Source: an uncultured Lentimicrobium sp.
GTDB lineage: Bacteria; Bacteroidota; Bacteroidia; Bacteroidales; Lentimicrobiaceae
Assembly: GCA_964643225.1 (NCBI GenBank)
Contig: CAZXQT010000003.1
Location: 45,504 to 109,503 of the forward strand
Direction: 5' to 3'
Length of the DNA: 64,000 nucleotides
Shown: positions 37,131 to 47,120 of the stretch, piece by piece
Position numbering within the stretch: the stretch's first letter is position 1
How the letters are laid out: each line of letters begins with the position of its first letter
Program-made: the position numbers and the translations under genes
Notes under the pieces: model-generated
The model's input: the letters and a program-made list of their open reading frames with translations, nothing else
The model's database searches: none
Told to the model about the DNA's origin: nothing

Positions 37131-37991
37131 ATGGGATTGAACAATTTAGTCAGAGGAAGAGGGTTCAAAAACTTCATGGCAAAACTGTATGGCTGGGGAG
37201 CCGCAATAGTTATTCTTGGAGCCTTATTTAAAATTAACCATTATCCCTACGCAAATGAAATGTTAATCGTGGGCTTAGGAACAGAAGCAATTATCTTCTT
37301 CTTCTCAGCTTTCGAACCCCCACATGTAGAGCCAGACTGGAGTCTAGTTTATCCGGAATTGGCAGGCATGTATCATGGAACTGGTAAATCGACTGGTGCT
37401 AAAGGTGGTAAAACACCTACACAGGAATTAGATAATATGCTTGAAAAAGCCAAGATAGGACCAGAGCTGATTCAAAGTCTTGGTAATGGATTGCGTAGCC
37501 TGAGTGACAACGCCAGCAAGATGACCGATCTTTCAAATGCTGCTGTAGCTACCACCGACTATGCACGCAATCTCAACAACGCAAGCAAATCTGTTAATGA
37601 CCTGTCTGCAAACGTTGCAAAAGCTGCCGAAACTACTAATCAGTTTGCAGGTACGTATCAGGAAGGTGCTCAGGCACTTTCAAAATCTATTCAGAAGCTT
37701 GATTTTTCAGGAGTTGACAGCAAAGCTTATAATGATCAATTGCAAAAGCTTGCCAACAATCTTGCTGCTTTAAATGCTTCTTACGAATTGCAGATTAAAG
37801 GTGCACAGGCACACACCGAAGATTCAAATAAACTGCACAATACCTTAAACCAATACTTATCGAACATTAGTGACTCAGCGCAGGATATGAGCCGTTATCG
37901 TCAGGAAATGGATAATCTGACCAAGAAGGTTACAGCCCTGAACCAGGTTTATGGCAATATGCTTGCTGCCATGAATGTTAACGTTAAGTAA
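37131..37991 (+). CDS. gldL: T9SS motor subunit GldL/PorL
   Basis: YGWGAAIVILGALFKINH...GLGTEAIIFFFSAFEPP...WSLVYPEL, coiled coil, LNQVYGNMLAAM. Start ATG 37131. Confidence 0.94.
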   Translation: MGLNNLVRGRGFKNFMAKLYGWGAAIVILGALFKINHYPYANEMLIVGLGTEAIIFFFSAFEPPHVEPDWSLVYPELAGMYHGTGKSTGAKGGKTPTQELDNMLEKAKIGPELIQSLGNGLRSLSDNASKMTDLSNAAVATTDYARNLNNASKSVNDLSANVAKAAETTNQFAGTYQEGAQALSKSIQKLDFSGVDSKAYNDQLQKLANNLAALNASYELQIKGAQAHTEDSNKLHNTLNQYLSNISDSAQDMSRYRQEMDNLTKKVTALNQVYGNMLAAMNVNVK

Positions 37992-38038
37992 GCATAATAG
38001 TCCATTAATGTTTAAATTTAAATAAGTAAAGGAAAATT

Positions 38039-39598
38039 ATGGCTGGATACAAGGAAACACCGCGTCAAAAGATGATCGCGATGATGTACCTGGTGTTAAC
38101 TGCTCTGCTCGCGTTAAATGTTTCAGTTGAAATCATTGAAGCCTTTGTAATTGTAAACTCAAGTATTGAGAATACAAACGAAAACATTAAGGCAAAAAAT
38201 GACGAAACCTACGCAAGATTTGAGAAGCAAAACCTTATGAATGAAGCCAAAGTAGGCCCATTCTGGGAAAAAGCCAAACAGGTGCGCACAATGTCGGATG
38301 AAATGGTACAATACATTGAGCAGGTAAAATGGGAAGCCATTTCACGTGCCGAAGGTATTGATATTGCTACTGCTAAAATTACTCCTCTCAGAGAAATTCA
38401 AGCTAAGGATAAATACGATCAAACTACTAACTACTTTATTGGAAATTCTCAGGACGGATCTAAAGGCAAAGCCAGGGAACTAAAAAATAAAATTAACGAG
38501 TTTAAGTCAAATGTAGTTAGTCAACTCGATGAAGCTCAAAAATCCAACATTAAATTAGGATTGGATTTGGAAGGACCATTCTATGATGCAAGTAATAAGA
38601 AGCAGAACTGGGAAATGCATAATTTCTATCATACAATTCTCGCTGCCAATGTTACTTTTCTTAATAAACTGGTAGCCGATATCAGGAACGTTGAAAGTGA
38701 TGTTGTTACAACGTTATTTAACTCCATTTCTGCTGAAGACTTTAAGTTTGATATGCTAACCGCAAGGGTTATCCCCAGCTCAACTATGGTTTTCCAGGGT
38801 GATACCTATGAAGCTGAAATAATGGTTGCTGCTATTGACACTAAACAGAATCCTGAAGTTGTTGTTAACGGAAGGGCTGTACCAAGTGAAGGTGGTGTGG
38901 CTAAATACACAGCATCTGCTGGTTCTACTGGTTTGCAAACCTATAAAGGTGAAATTAGAGTGGTTGGCCCAACTGGTGAAGTGAAGAATTATCCATTTGA
39001 AGAGTCATACTTCGTAATGTCACCATCGCTCAGTGTAGCGCCCACTAAGATGAATGTATTCTATGCAAACATTGACAATCCTGTTTCTATTTCAGCATCA
39101 GGTATTCCTGAAGCTCAGATGCAGGCAACCATTAGTGCCGGTACAATTAGGAAAGTAGGCAAGGATTGGGTTGTTCGTGTTCCATCTGGTGTTGCTAAGG
39201 CTGTAGTTAGTGTAAATCACAACGATGGTAAAGCATCACGTAAAATGGGATCAGCTGAATTCCGCGTAAAGAGAGTTCCTAGTCCAACTGCTTTCATCGC
39301 TAATACCGATGGTGGTCCTGTTGCTAAGAGTATGCTCCTTGCATCAAAAGCCATCATTCCGAAAATGCCGGATGATTTCGACTTTGACCTTAATTTTGAG
39401 ATTACATCATTTACATTTGTAGGGGTTAGAGGTGGTGATATTACCGACCTAAACGCCAACAGCAACAGGTTAACTCCTGAAATGACAAGGTTTATCGAAA
39501 ATAGTAAGAAGGGACAAAGAATATGGTTTGAAAACATTATGGCCAAAGGTCCTGATGGAAACCGTAAACTTGGTACGATCAGTATAATTGTTCAGTAA
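38039..39598 (+). CDS. gldM: T9SS motor subunit GldM/PorM
   Basis: TPRQKMIAMMYLVLTALLALNVS, KMNVFYANIDNPVSIS, FRVKRVPSP. Confidence 0.94.
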   Translation: MAGYKETPRQKMIAMMYLVLTALLALNVSVEIIEAFVIVNSSIENTNENIKAKNDETYARFEKQNLMNEAKVGPFWEKAKQVRTMSDEMVQYIEQVKWEAISRAEGIDIATAKITPLREIQAKDKYDQTTNYFIGNSQDGSKGKARELKNKINEFKSNVVSQLDEAQKSNIKLGLDLEGPFYDASNKKQNWEMHNFYHTILAANVTFLNKLVADIRNVESDVVTTLFNSISAEDFKFDMLTARVIPSSTMVFQGDTYEAEIMVAAIDTKQNPEVVVNGRAVPSEGGVAKYTASAGSTGLQTYKGEIRVVGPTGEVKNYPFEESYFVMSPSLSVAPTKMNVFYANIDNPVSISASGIPEAQMQATISAGTIRKVGKDWVVRVPSGVAKAVVSVNHNDGKASRKMGSAEFRVKRVPSPTAFIANTDGGPVAKSMLLASKAIIPKMPDDFDFDLNFEITSFTFVGVRGGDITDLNANSNRLTPEMTRFIENSKKGQRIWFENIMAKGPDGNRKLGTISIIVQ

Positions 39599-39625
39599 TT
39601 AGTTACAATAATTAAAATAACATAC

Positions 39626-39672
39626 CGTTTTTCAGGATGACCTGCATGCAACTGCAGGTCATTCGAAAAACG
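39626..39672. other. Long intergenic hairpin between gldM and gldN without a U-tract
   Basis: CGTTTTT-CAGG-ATGACCTGCA-tgcaac-TGCAGGTCAT-TCG-AAAAACG: perfect 10-bp core stem plus 7-bp basal stem. Confidence 0.8.
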
Positions 39673-39717
39673 AAAGTAAAAAACACAACACCTCGTTGTA
39701 CAATAAATAATTGACGG

Positions 39718-40575
39718 ATGAAAAAAGTATTTGGTATCCTGGCCCTCGTTCTTCTTGTTGCCGGCTTTGTAAAAACCAGTTCTGCTCAGGTTCTTGATAG
39801 TCCTCCGCGTGATGGAGTTTATGACAAAAAAGTAACCATCGAAAAGAAGCCAATCTCCTATCCTTGGGTTCGTGAAGCCGATGTTGTATGGAGTAAACGT
39901 ATTTGGAGGGTTATTGACCTGCGTGAAAAAATGAATCAGGCATTTTATTATCCTGAGGTTCCTCATAATGAATTAAGAAGTCTTATGCAGGTTCTGATGG
40001 ATGCTTTAAAAGAAGGTTCACTCACAGCATATGATGCAACTAATCCGTCGGATGAATTTATAGTTCCATTGTCGTATAAAGAGATAATGAACAGGCTCGA
40101 AAGAACAGATTCTGTTCCTATGCAGAGGCCTTATCCGCCATACGACTGGTACGATACCATCATTTCTGTGAAGTTCAATCCTACCGATGTGAAGCGTTTC
40201 AGGATCAAGGAAGACTGGTTCTTTGATAAGCAGCGTTCTGTAATGGAGGTGCGCATTCTGGGAATTTGCCCTGTTCGCGATAACTTTGATGAAAAAGGAG
40301 TTTTCAGAGCTTATGATCCTTTATTCTGGATTAGCTTCCCTGAAGCAAGACCAATTCTGGCTAAAGCGGAAGTATTTAACCGCTATAACAGCTCAGCAAG
40401 AAAGACATACGATGATATATTCTGGAAGAGGATGTTCAGCAGTTACATTTACAAGGAAGACAACGTTTACGATCGCAGAATCTCTGACTACGCGACCGGT
40501 GTTGATGCACTCATGGAAGCTGAACGTATAAAGGCAGATCTGTTTAACTTTGAGCAGAATCTCTGGGAGTTTTAA
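39718..40575 (+). CDS. gldN: T9SS protein GldN/PorN
   Basis: Signal peptide SSA-Q; VREADVVWSKRIWRVIDLREKMNQ, IKEDWFFDKQRS, LFWISFPE. Confidence 0.94.
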   Translation: MKKVFGILALVLLVAGFVKTSSAQVLDSPPRDGVYDKKVTIEKKPISYPWVREADVVWSKRIWRVIDLREKMNQAFYYPEVPHNELRSLMQVLMDALKEGSLTAYDATNPSDEFIVPLSYKEIMNRLERTDSVPMQRPYPPYDWYDTIISVKFNPTDVKRFRIKEDWFFDKQRSVMEVRILGICPVRDNFDEKGVFRAYDPLFWISFPEARPILAKAEVFNRYNSSARKTYDDIFWKRMFSSYIYKEDNVYDRRISDYATGVDALMEAERIKADLFNFEQNLWEF

Positions 40576-40605
40576 CCCACCTCTTTTCACGAATAAAATA
40601 AATGT

Positions 40606-40634
40606 AAAGGCTGCCATTCGGTGGCCTTTGCTTT
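40606..40634 (+). terminator. Intrinsic terminator of the T9SS operon
   Basis: AAAGGCTGCC-ATTC-GGTGGCCTTT followed by GCTTT. Confidence 0.7.
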
Positions 40635-40663
40635 GTATTTGGAATTCAGGATAAGTATCTTTG
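40632..40663 (+). promoter_or_regulatory. Bacteroidota -33/-7 promoter for recG
   Basis: TTTG (40632-40635), 20-nt spacer, TATCTTTG (40656-40663). Confidence 0.75.
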
Positions 40664-40682
40664 TTCTATAAATCTGCACATA

Positions 40683-42773
40683 TTGAATTTACTAGAGACC
40701 CCCATTGAGTTTTTAAAAGGTGTTGGGCCGGTTAAGGCGGAGCTGCTTAAGAAAGAACTTGATATCAGAGTTATAGGTGATATATTGCTGTATTATCCTT
40801 TTCGGTATATAGACAAGAGTAAGGTTTACAAAATAAAGGATATTGACTCTGACCTTGCTTACATTCAAATAATAGGCAAGATAATTTCGTTAAGAGAAAT
40901 TGTTTCGGGGAGATCAGCAAGACTTTCGTGCATATTGGATGATGGTAACGACAGGATTGAACTTGTGTGGTTTCAGGGGATTACCTGGTGGAAAAGTAAG
41001 ATTGAAATTGGCAAGGAGTATCTTGTATATGGAAAACCTACCGTGTTTAACGGAAAATACAATATATCGCACCCGGATATAGACCCGGTTGAAGATGATA
41101 CACAAATACAATCAGAACCTTTTCAGCCATACTATTCTACTACTGAAAAACTTAAGCGAAAGGGTTTCACAGGTAAGAACTTTGGAAAGCTGGTAAAAAG
41201 TGCACTTCAGTATGTTGGCAAATCCATTGAAGAAAACCTGCCTGAAAAAATTATCCATAAATTAAAGTTGCTTTCCAGAGCAGAGACCTTGTATAATATC
41301 CATTTTCCTGCTTCTTTGGATAAACTGGAAAAGTCAAGAAACCGGTTAAAGTTTGAAGAATTGTTTTTCATTCAGCTCGAATTATTCAGAATTAAATTTA
41401 TTAGGGCAGAGAAATCGGAAGGCAGGATTTTTAATAGCATTGGCAGTAACTTTATGACTTTTTACGAAAAGCATCTGCCGTTTGAACTCACTAATGCTCA
41501 AAAAAAGGTAATAAAGGAAATTCGGAAGGATATGGGAAGCGGCAGGCAGATGAATCGCCTGCTCCAGGGCGATGTGGGGAGCGGCAAAACTCTGGTTGCT
41601 CTTATGTCCATGCTTATAGCTCTGGATAACAAATGTCAGGCATGCATCATGGCTCCAACAGAAATACTGGCAACTCAGCACTTTAAAACAGTAAAGAAGT
41701 TTCTGGGTGATATGGATGTCTCTGTACACCTGTTGACCGGTTCTACTAAAAAGTCAGAAAGGGAAGTGATTCACAGGGAACTGAAAAACGGAGAACTACA
41801 TATATTAATCGGAACGCATGCGCTGATTGAAGAAACCGTAGTCTTCAATAACCTTGGACTCGTTGTAATTGATGAGCAGCACAGATTTGGTGTGGCACAA
41901 AGAGCCAGATTATGGGAAAAGAGTCATATTCCTCCGCATATTCTGGTCATGACAGCTACTCCTATACCCCGCACGCTTGCTATGACAGTTTATGGTGATC
42001 TCGAAGTGTCTGTGATTGACGAGTTGCCTCCGGGAAGGAAACCAATAAAGACATTTCATTACTTTGAACGGGATCGCCTGACAGTTTTCCAGTTCATGAA
42101 GCAACAAATAGAAGAAGGCAGACAGATCTATGTAGTCTATCCGATTATTAATGAATCTGATAAACTCGACCTGCAGGATTTAATGGATGGATTTGATACT
42201 GTTTCCCGCTATTTTCTCTTACCAGAATACCAGATCAGTATTGTGCATGGCCAGTTAAAACCGGCAGAAAAGGAAAGTGAGATGCAACGTTTCCTGCAAA
42301 AGAAAACTCATATCATGGTTGCAACGACGGTAATAGAAGTCGGGGTTGATGTGCCAAACGCAACAGTTATGGTGATTGAGAATGCAGAGCGATTTGGTTT
42401 GTCTCAGCTGCATCAGTTAAGAGGAAGAGTAGGCAGGGGTGGTTCTCAATCATATTGTATACTTATGACTTCCTATAAACTTTCGGCTGACGGGAAGAAG
42501 CGAATTCAGACAATGGTGAACAGTAATGACGGTTTTGAAATTGCGGAGGTTGACCTGAAACTACGTGGCCCGGGTGATATACAGGGTACGCAGCAAAGCG
42601 GAGCTATTGGTCTTAAACTTGCTGACATAGTTCGTGACGAACATATTCTTAAAACGGCAAGAGCATTCGCCAGGGCAATAATCGATGAAGATCCTGAACT
42701 GCAAAAGGATGACAACTACAGAATGATCAGGTACCTGCAGTTGCAGAATAAGCAATGGGGGCAAATCAGCTAA
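40683..42773 (+). CDS. recG: ATP-dependent DNA helicase RecG
   Basis: LKGVGP, RLLQGDVGSGKT, IDEQHRFGV, MTATPIPRTL, GLSQLHQLRGRVGRG. TTG start. Confidence 0.97.
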   Translation: MNLLETPIEFLKGVGPVKAELLKKELDIRVIGDILLYYPFRYIDKSKVYKIKDIDSDLAYIQIIGKIISLREIVSGRSARLSCILDDGNDRIELVWFQGITWWKSKIEIGKEYLVYGKPTVFNGKYNISHPDIDPVEDDTQIQSEPFQPYYSTTEKLKRKGFTGKNFGKLVKSALQYVGKSIEENLPEKIIHKLKLLSRAETLYNIHFPASLDKLEKSRNRLKFEELFFIQLELFRIKFIRAEKSEGRIFNSIGSNFMTFYEKHLPFELTNAQKKVIKEIRKDMGSGRQMNRLLQGDVGSGKTLVALMSMLIALDNKCQACIMAPTEILATQHFKTVKKFLGDMDVSVHLLTGSTKKSEREVIHRELKNGELHILIGTHALIEETVVFNNLGLVVIDEQHRFGVAQRARLWEKSHIPPHILVMTATPIPRTLAMTVYGDLEVSVIDELPPGRKPIKTFHYFERDRLTVFQFMKQQIEEGRQIYVVYPIINESDKLDLQDLMDGFDTVSRYFLLPEYQISIVHGQLKPAEKESEMQRFLQKKTHIMVATTVIEVGVDVPNATVMVIENAERFGLSQLHQLRGRVGRGGSQSYCILMTSYKLSADGKKRIQTMVNSNDGFEIAEVDLKLRGPGDIQGTQQSGAIGLKLADIVRDEHILKTARAFARAIIDEDPELQKDDNYRMIRYLQLQNKQWGQIS

Positions 42774-42812
42774 CTTCTTTTTTGTAATTTTGGCCTTTCA
42801 ATCGAAACCAAC

Positions 42813-45269
42813 ATGAAAATTTCATACAACTGGCTTAAGGACTACCTTCATTGTAATCTGAATGAACAGGAAATAGCATTATTACTTACCGATATCGGGC
42901 TCGAAGTAGAAGCAATGGAAACATACGAGTCTGTGAAGGGAGGTTTAACAGGGTTTGTTACAGGAGTAGTTCTTACCTGCGAAAAACATCCTAATGCAGA
43001 GAGACTTTCCAAAACTACCGTCGATGCCGGTACAGGTAAGATTCTTAATATTGTTTGTGGCGCACCCAATGTGGCCGCCGGCCAAAAAGTTATTGTAGCA
43101 CTTGAGGGTGCTGTCATATATAAGGGAGAAGAAAATTTTAAAATTTCACGTTCCAAAATTCGTGGTGAAGTATCAGAAGGAATGATCTGTGCTGAAGATG
43201 AACTTGGAATAGGTGATTCGCACGATGGAATTTTAATATTGCCTGATGATGTTAAGATCGGCATGCCTGCTGCAGAGTATTTTCATGTTACAACAGACAC
43301 TATATTCGAAATCGGGATCACACCAAATCATGCGGATGCATTGTCACATATTGGAGTAGCCAGAGATCTTGCAGCTGCTATCAAGGTAAGGAATTTAGGC
43401 GAAGCTGTGCTGACATGGCCTTCGGGTGATAGCTTTCAGATTGACAACAACGATCTGCCAATAAAAATAACTATAGAAGATACCGATGGCTGTTTACGAT
43501 ACGCTGGTATCTCTGTAAAAGGAGTAAAAGTACAACCCTCACCTGACTGGCTTCAAACCAGACTTAAGTCGATTGGTTTAAGGCCTGTAAATAACATAGT
43601 GGATATTTCAAATTATATATTGTTTGAATACGGGCAGCCCCTGCATACATTCGATGCTGGTGCCATCACTGATAATACTGTCATTATAAAGAAAGCCTCG
43701 CCCGGAAGTACCTTTGTAACTCTTGATAAGGTAGAACGAAAACTCTCAGAGAATGATCTGCTAATATGTAATGCCGCAGAACCTATGTGCCTCGCCGGGG
43801 TTTTTGGAGGTGAAAAATCAGGAGTTACTGCTAACACAACGAGTGTTTTTATAGAAAGCGCATGTTTTAATCCAGTCACAATTCGTAAAACTTCTAAACT
43901 GCACGGATTAAAAACGGATGCTTCTTTCCGGTTTGAGCGTGGTATTGATCCTAATATTACCGTTGAAGCACTAAAAAGAGCCGCAGTAATGATAAAAGAA
44001 ATTGCAGGTGGAACAATTTCATCCGAAATTACTGATATCTATCCACAGCCTGTGCCATATGCCGAATTGTTATTAAAGTACAGTGATATTGACAGGCTTA
44101 TCGGAAAACTGCTTCCCCGAAAGGAAATACAAGAGATCCTTCTTGCAATGCAGATCAATATCCTGAAAGAGAATGAGGAATCACTGCTTATTGCTATCCC
44201 TCCATATAAAGTTGATGTTAAGATTACTGCTGATATAGTTGAGGAGATATTACGGATATATGGTTATAATAAAATTGAGAGTGGACTCCAGATGCGGTCA
44301 AGTATCTCGTTTTCAAAAAGCCCTGACCAGGAGAAATTGTATAACCGAGTTGCTGATTACCTGGCCTCAAATCATTTTAATGAAATTCTGACCAATTCTC
44401 TGAGCAGTTCGGCTTACTATGCTGACAATAAGTGGTTTTATGCCGATGAAGGTGTTATTATCCTGAATCCTTTAAGTAAGGAGCTGGATGTTATGCGACA
44501 AACTTTGCTCTTTGGCGGGCTGGAATCATTATCGCACAATCTTAACCGTAAGCAGGCAAACCTCAAATTCTTTGAGTTTGGAACTGTATTTAAACTTATC
44601 AGCAAAAACACTGCTGCTGATGTAACTGAGAGATTCCATGAAAGGAAAATGTTATCATTACTGGCAACCGGTCAGGAGTTTAGCGATCATTGGAATAAAC
44701 CGGATAAAGAAGTAGATTTCTTTTTCCTGCATGCTTTTGTTCAACAAATTCTGACAATGACTGGTATAGATGCCAGGCAACTCACTGACGATCAGCTACC
44801 TGCCATATATGCTTCCGGACGTGCTTTCAGGTTTAATAATAAACCCCTCTATAGTATTGGAATCCTTGATTCAGGTCTTACCCGTAAGTTTGATGTTAAC
44901 CAGAGAGTAATAGCTGCACAAATTGAATGGGATTTTGTGGTTGAACTTTCGTCAAAGAACCAGGTAAGTTATAAGGAGGTTTCCCGTTTCCCTGAAGTAC
45001 GTCGCGACCTTGCACTTGTGCTTGATAAAACATCCACATACAGCGAAATAGAAAAAATAGCCTTTAAAGTCAACAAGCATTTACTTAAGCGTGTTAATTT
45101 ATTTGACGTATATGAGGGTGATAAGATCGAACAAGGCAAAAAGTCTTATGCAGTCAGTTTTATCCTTCAGGATGAAAACAAAACACTAACCGATAAAGAG
45201 ATAGATAACTTTATGCAAAAGCTGACCTATCTGCTTGAACAGGAACTGGGAGCAAGGATTCGAAAATAA
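42813..45269 (+). CDS. pheT: Phenylalanine-tRNA ligase beta subunit
   Basis: MKISYNWL, HPNAERL, VCGAPNV, SEGMIC, ITPN, RFERG, SRFPEVRRDLA, FDVYEG. -7 box TAATTTTG at 42785-42792. Confidence 0.97.
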   Translation: MKISYNWLKDYLHCNLNEQEIALLLTDIGLEVEAMETYESVKGGLTGFVTGVVLTCEKHPNAERLSKTTVDAGTGKILNIVCGAPNVAAGQKVIVALEGAVIYKGEENFKISRSKIRGEVSEGMICAEDELGIGDSHDGILILPDDVKIGMPAAEYFHVTTDTIFEIGITPNHADALSHIGVARDLAAAIKVRNLGEAVLTWPSGDSFQIDNNDLPIKITIEDTDGCLRYAGISVKGVKVQPSPDWLQTRLKSIGLRPVNNIVDISNYILFEYGQPLHTFDAGAITDNTVIIKKASPGSTFVTLDKVERKLSENDLLICNAAEPMCLAGVFGGEKSGVTANTTSVFIESACFNPVTIRKTSKLHGLKTDASFRFERGIDPNITVEALKRAAVMIKEIAGGTISSEITDIYPQPVPYAELLLKYSDIDRLIGKLLPRKEIQEILLAMQINILKENEESLLIAIPPYKVDVKITADIVEEILRIYGYNKIESGLQMRSSISFSKSPDQEKLYNRVADYLASNHFNEILTNSLSSSAYYADNKWFYADEGVIILNPLSKELDVMRQTLLFGGLESLSHNLNRKQANLKFFEFGTVFKLISKNTAADVTERFHERKMLSLLATGQEFSDHWNKPDKEVDFFFLHAFVQQILTMTGIDARQLTDDQLPAIYASGRAFRFNNKPLYSIGILDSGLTRKFDVNQRVIAAQIEWDFVVELSSKNQVSYKEVSRFPEVRRDLALVLDKTSTYSEIEKIAFKVNKHLLKRVNLFDVYEGDKIEQGKKSYAVSFILQDENKTLTDKEIDNFMQKLTYLLEQELGARIRK

Positions 45270-45353
45270 TGACATAATGGCAGTAAATGTATGAAGTGCT
45301 GTCAGTCAACGTGATTATTATTCGTATTTTTGTACTTTAGTTTAGAGCATAAA

Positions 45354-46577
45354 ATGGATATTCAGGCTATTAAGCAACGGTTTGGTATTATTGGACATTC
45401 GGCACTACTTGAGAGGGCTATCAATATTGCCGCTCAGGTTGCACCTACTGATATTACCGTGTTAATTACCGGCGAAAGTGGTGTAGGAAAAGAAGTTTTT
45501 CCGCAAATAGTACATCAGCTGAGCGCCAGAAAACATGGTCCATACATTGCCGTTAACTGTGGAGCAATTCCAGAGGGTACTATCGATTCTGAATTGTTCG
45601 GGCATGAGAAAGGTTCCTTTACAGGAGCTATTGATGCACGCAAAGGCTATTTTGAGGTTTCCAATGGTGGCACTATTTTTCTTGATGAGGTAGCTGAATT
45701 ACCCCTGTCTACACAAGTGCGTCTGTTGAGGGTTCTGGAAACCGGCGAATTTTTAAAAGTAGGTTCTTCCAAAGTGATCAAAACAGACGTTAGAGTGGTG
45801 GCTGCCACAAACGTTGATATACCGGAGGCCATTAATAAAGGTCGTTTCAGACAAGACCTTTATTACAGGCTCAATTCAGTAGCTATTTACATTCCTCCTC
45901 TTAGAGAGCGACGAGAAGACATCGCATTATTGTTCCGAAAGTTTGCATCCGATTTTGCCGCAAAATACAGAATGCCATCTGTTGAACTGGATGAGTCTGC
46001 AAGGCAATTGCTGATGAGTTATCGTTGGAGCGGTAACATCAGGCAACTCAAAAATATTACCGAGCAAATTTCCATCATTGAGAAAGACAGGGTAATAACA
46101 AGCAACATACTGCATAACTATCTGCCTGATGAGCACAGAGATTTGCCAATGATCTACAAGAAAGAAGGGTACACTCCCGATTTCTCGGAAAGAGAATTGC
46201 TGTACAAAGTCCTCTTTGATATGCGACGCGATATCAACGATCTAAAGAAGCTCATGGCAGGGGTTATCAAAACAGGAGATGTGAATGAGGAAATGCAACA
46301 GCATTATCCCTTAATTCAACAGCTATACCGCGATGTAGAAAACGCGGATCAGACAACAGACAATTACGATCCTATGGGAAGTGAAAGCCCTATGGAAGGA
46401 TTCTATACACCCGAGATCATTGATGAATCGCTTTCTATCCAAAAGAAAGAAATCGACCTTATAAAAAAGGCTATTGAAAAACACAAGGGCAAGCGAAAAG
46501 TCGCAGCACAGGAACTTGGCATTTCAGAACGAACACTCTACCGCAAACTAAAAGAATATGGAATACTACCGGATTAA
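45354..46577 (+). CDS. Sigma54-dependent enhancer-binding protein lacking an N-terminal sensory/receiver domain
   Basis: AAA+ domain starts at about residue 10: GESGVGKE, GSFTGA, FLDEV, FRQDLYYRL; C-terminal Fis HTH AAQELGISERTLYRK. ATG 45354 follows -7 box TATTTTTG at 45325-45332. Confidence 0.93.
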   Translation: MDIQAIKQRFGIIGHSALLERAINIAAQVAPTDITVLITGESGVGKEVFPQIVHQLSARKHGPYIAVNCGAIPEGTIDSELFGHEKGSFTGAIDARKGYFEVSNGGTIFLDEVAELPLSTQVRLLRVLETGEFLKVGSSKVIKTDVRVVAATNVDIPEAINKGRFRQDLYYRLNSVAIYIPPLRERREDIALLFRKFASDFAAKYRMPSVELDESARQLLMSYRWSGNIRQLKNITEQISIIEKDRVITSNILHNYLPDEHRDLPMIYKKEGYTPDFSERELLYKVLFDMRRDINDLKKLMAGVIKTGDVNEEMQQHYPLIQQLYRDVENADQTTDNYDPMGSESPMEGFYTPEIIDESLSIQKKEIDLIKKAIEKHKGKRKVAAQELGISERTLYRKLKEYGILPD

Positions 46578-47097
46578 GGATATAGTTAGATTACCTGCGG
46601 TTTTTCGGTTTGTGATATTGCTGGTATTGTTGATCCCAACAGCAGGTTGTGGAGTTTATTCCTTCACAGGTGCATCCATTCCGGTTGAAGCAAAAACCAT
46701 ATCTATTGCTAATTTCCCTAATAAAGCTGAATTGGTACAACCAGCTCTGAGTCAAACCTTTACTGAAAGTTTAAGAGAAAGGTTTTCATCACAGACCAGC
46801 CTTAATCTGGTTCCCCGAAACGGAGACCTTCATCTGGAAGGAGAAATTACCGGTTATACTACAGAGCCGGTAGCTATTACAGGCAACCAGACTGCTGCAC
46901 TTATAAGGCTAAAGGTTACTGTAAGTGTGCGCTTTTTTAATAAATATAATACCAAAGATAATTTCGAGAGCTCTTTTACCAGGTATGAAGACTATCCAAG
47001 CAGCCAGGATTTAAGATCAGTGGAAGCAGATTTAATTACCCGTATCAGTGAAGCGCTTGTTGAAGACATCTTTAATAAATCGGTAGTGAATTGGTAG
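46558..47097 (+). CDS. lptE: LPS assembly lipoprotein LptE family
   Basis: Lipobox TAG-C, CGVYSFTGASIP..AKTISI..F.N.A; LVEDIFNKSVVNW. Confidence 0.85.
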   Translation: MEYYRIKDIVRLPAVFRFVILLVLLIPTAGCGVYSFTGASIPVEAKTISIANFPNKAELVQPALSQTFTESLRERFSSQTSLNLVPRNGDLHLEGEITGYTTEPVAITGNQTAALIRLKVTVSVRFFNKYNTKDNFESSFTRYEDYPSSQDLRSVEADLITRISEALVEDIFNKSVVNW

Positions 47098-47120
47098 ATT
47101 GAGGTAACGAAGACATAATT

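Noticed and set aside
34622-40575. porP-gldKLMN operon as a new secretion system or evidence of gliding
   Set aside because: This is the canonical T9SS core. Gliding-specific genes (gldJ, gldB/D/H, sprB) are not in the window, so motility cannot be inferred.
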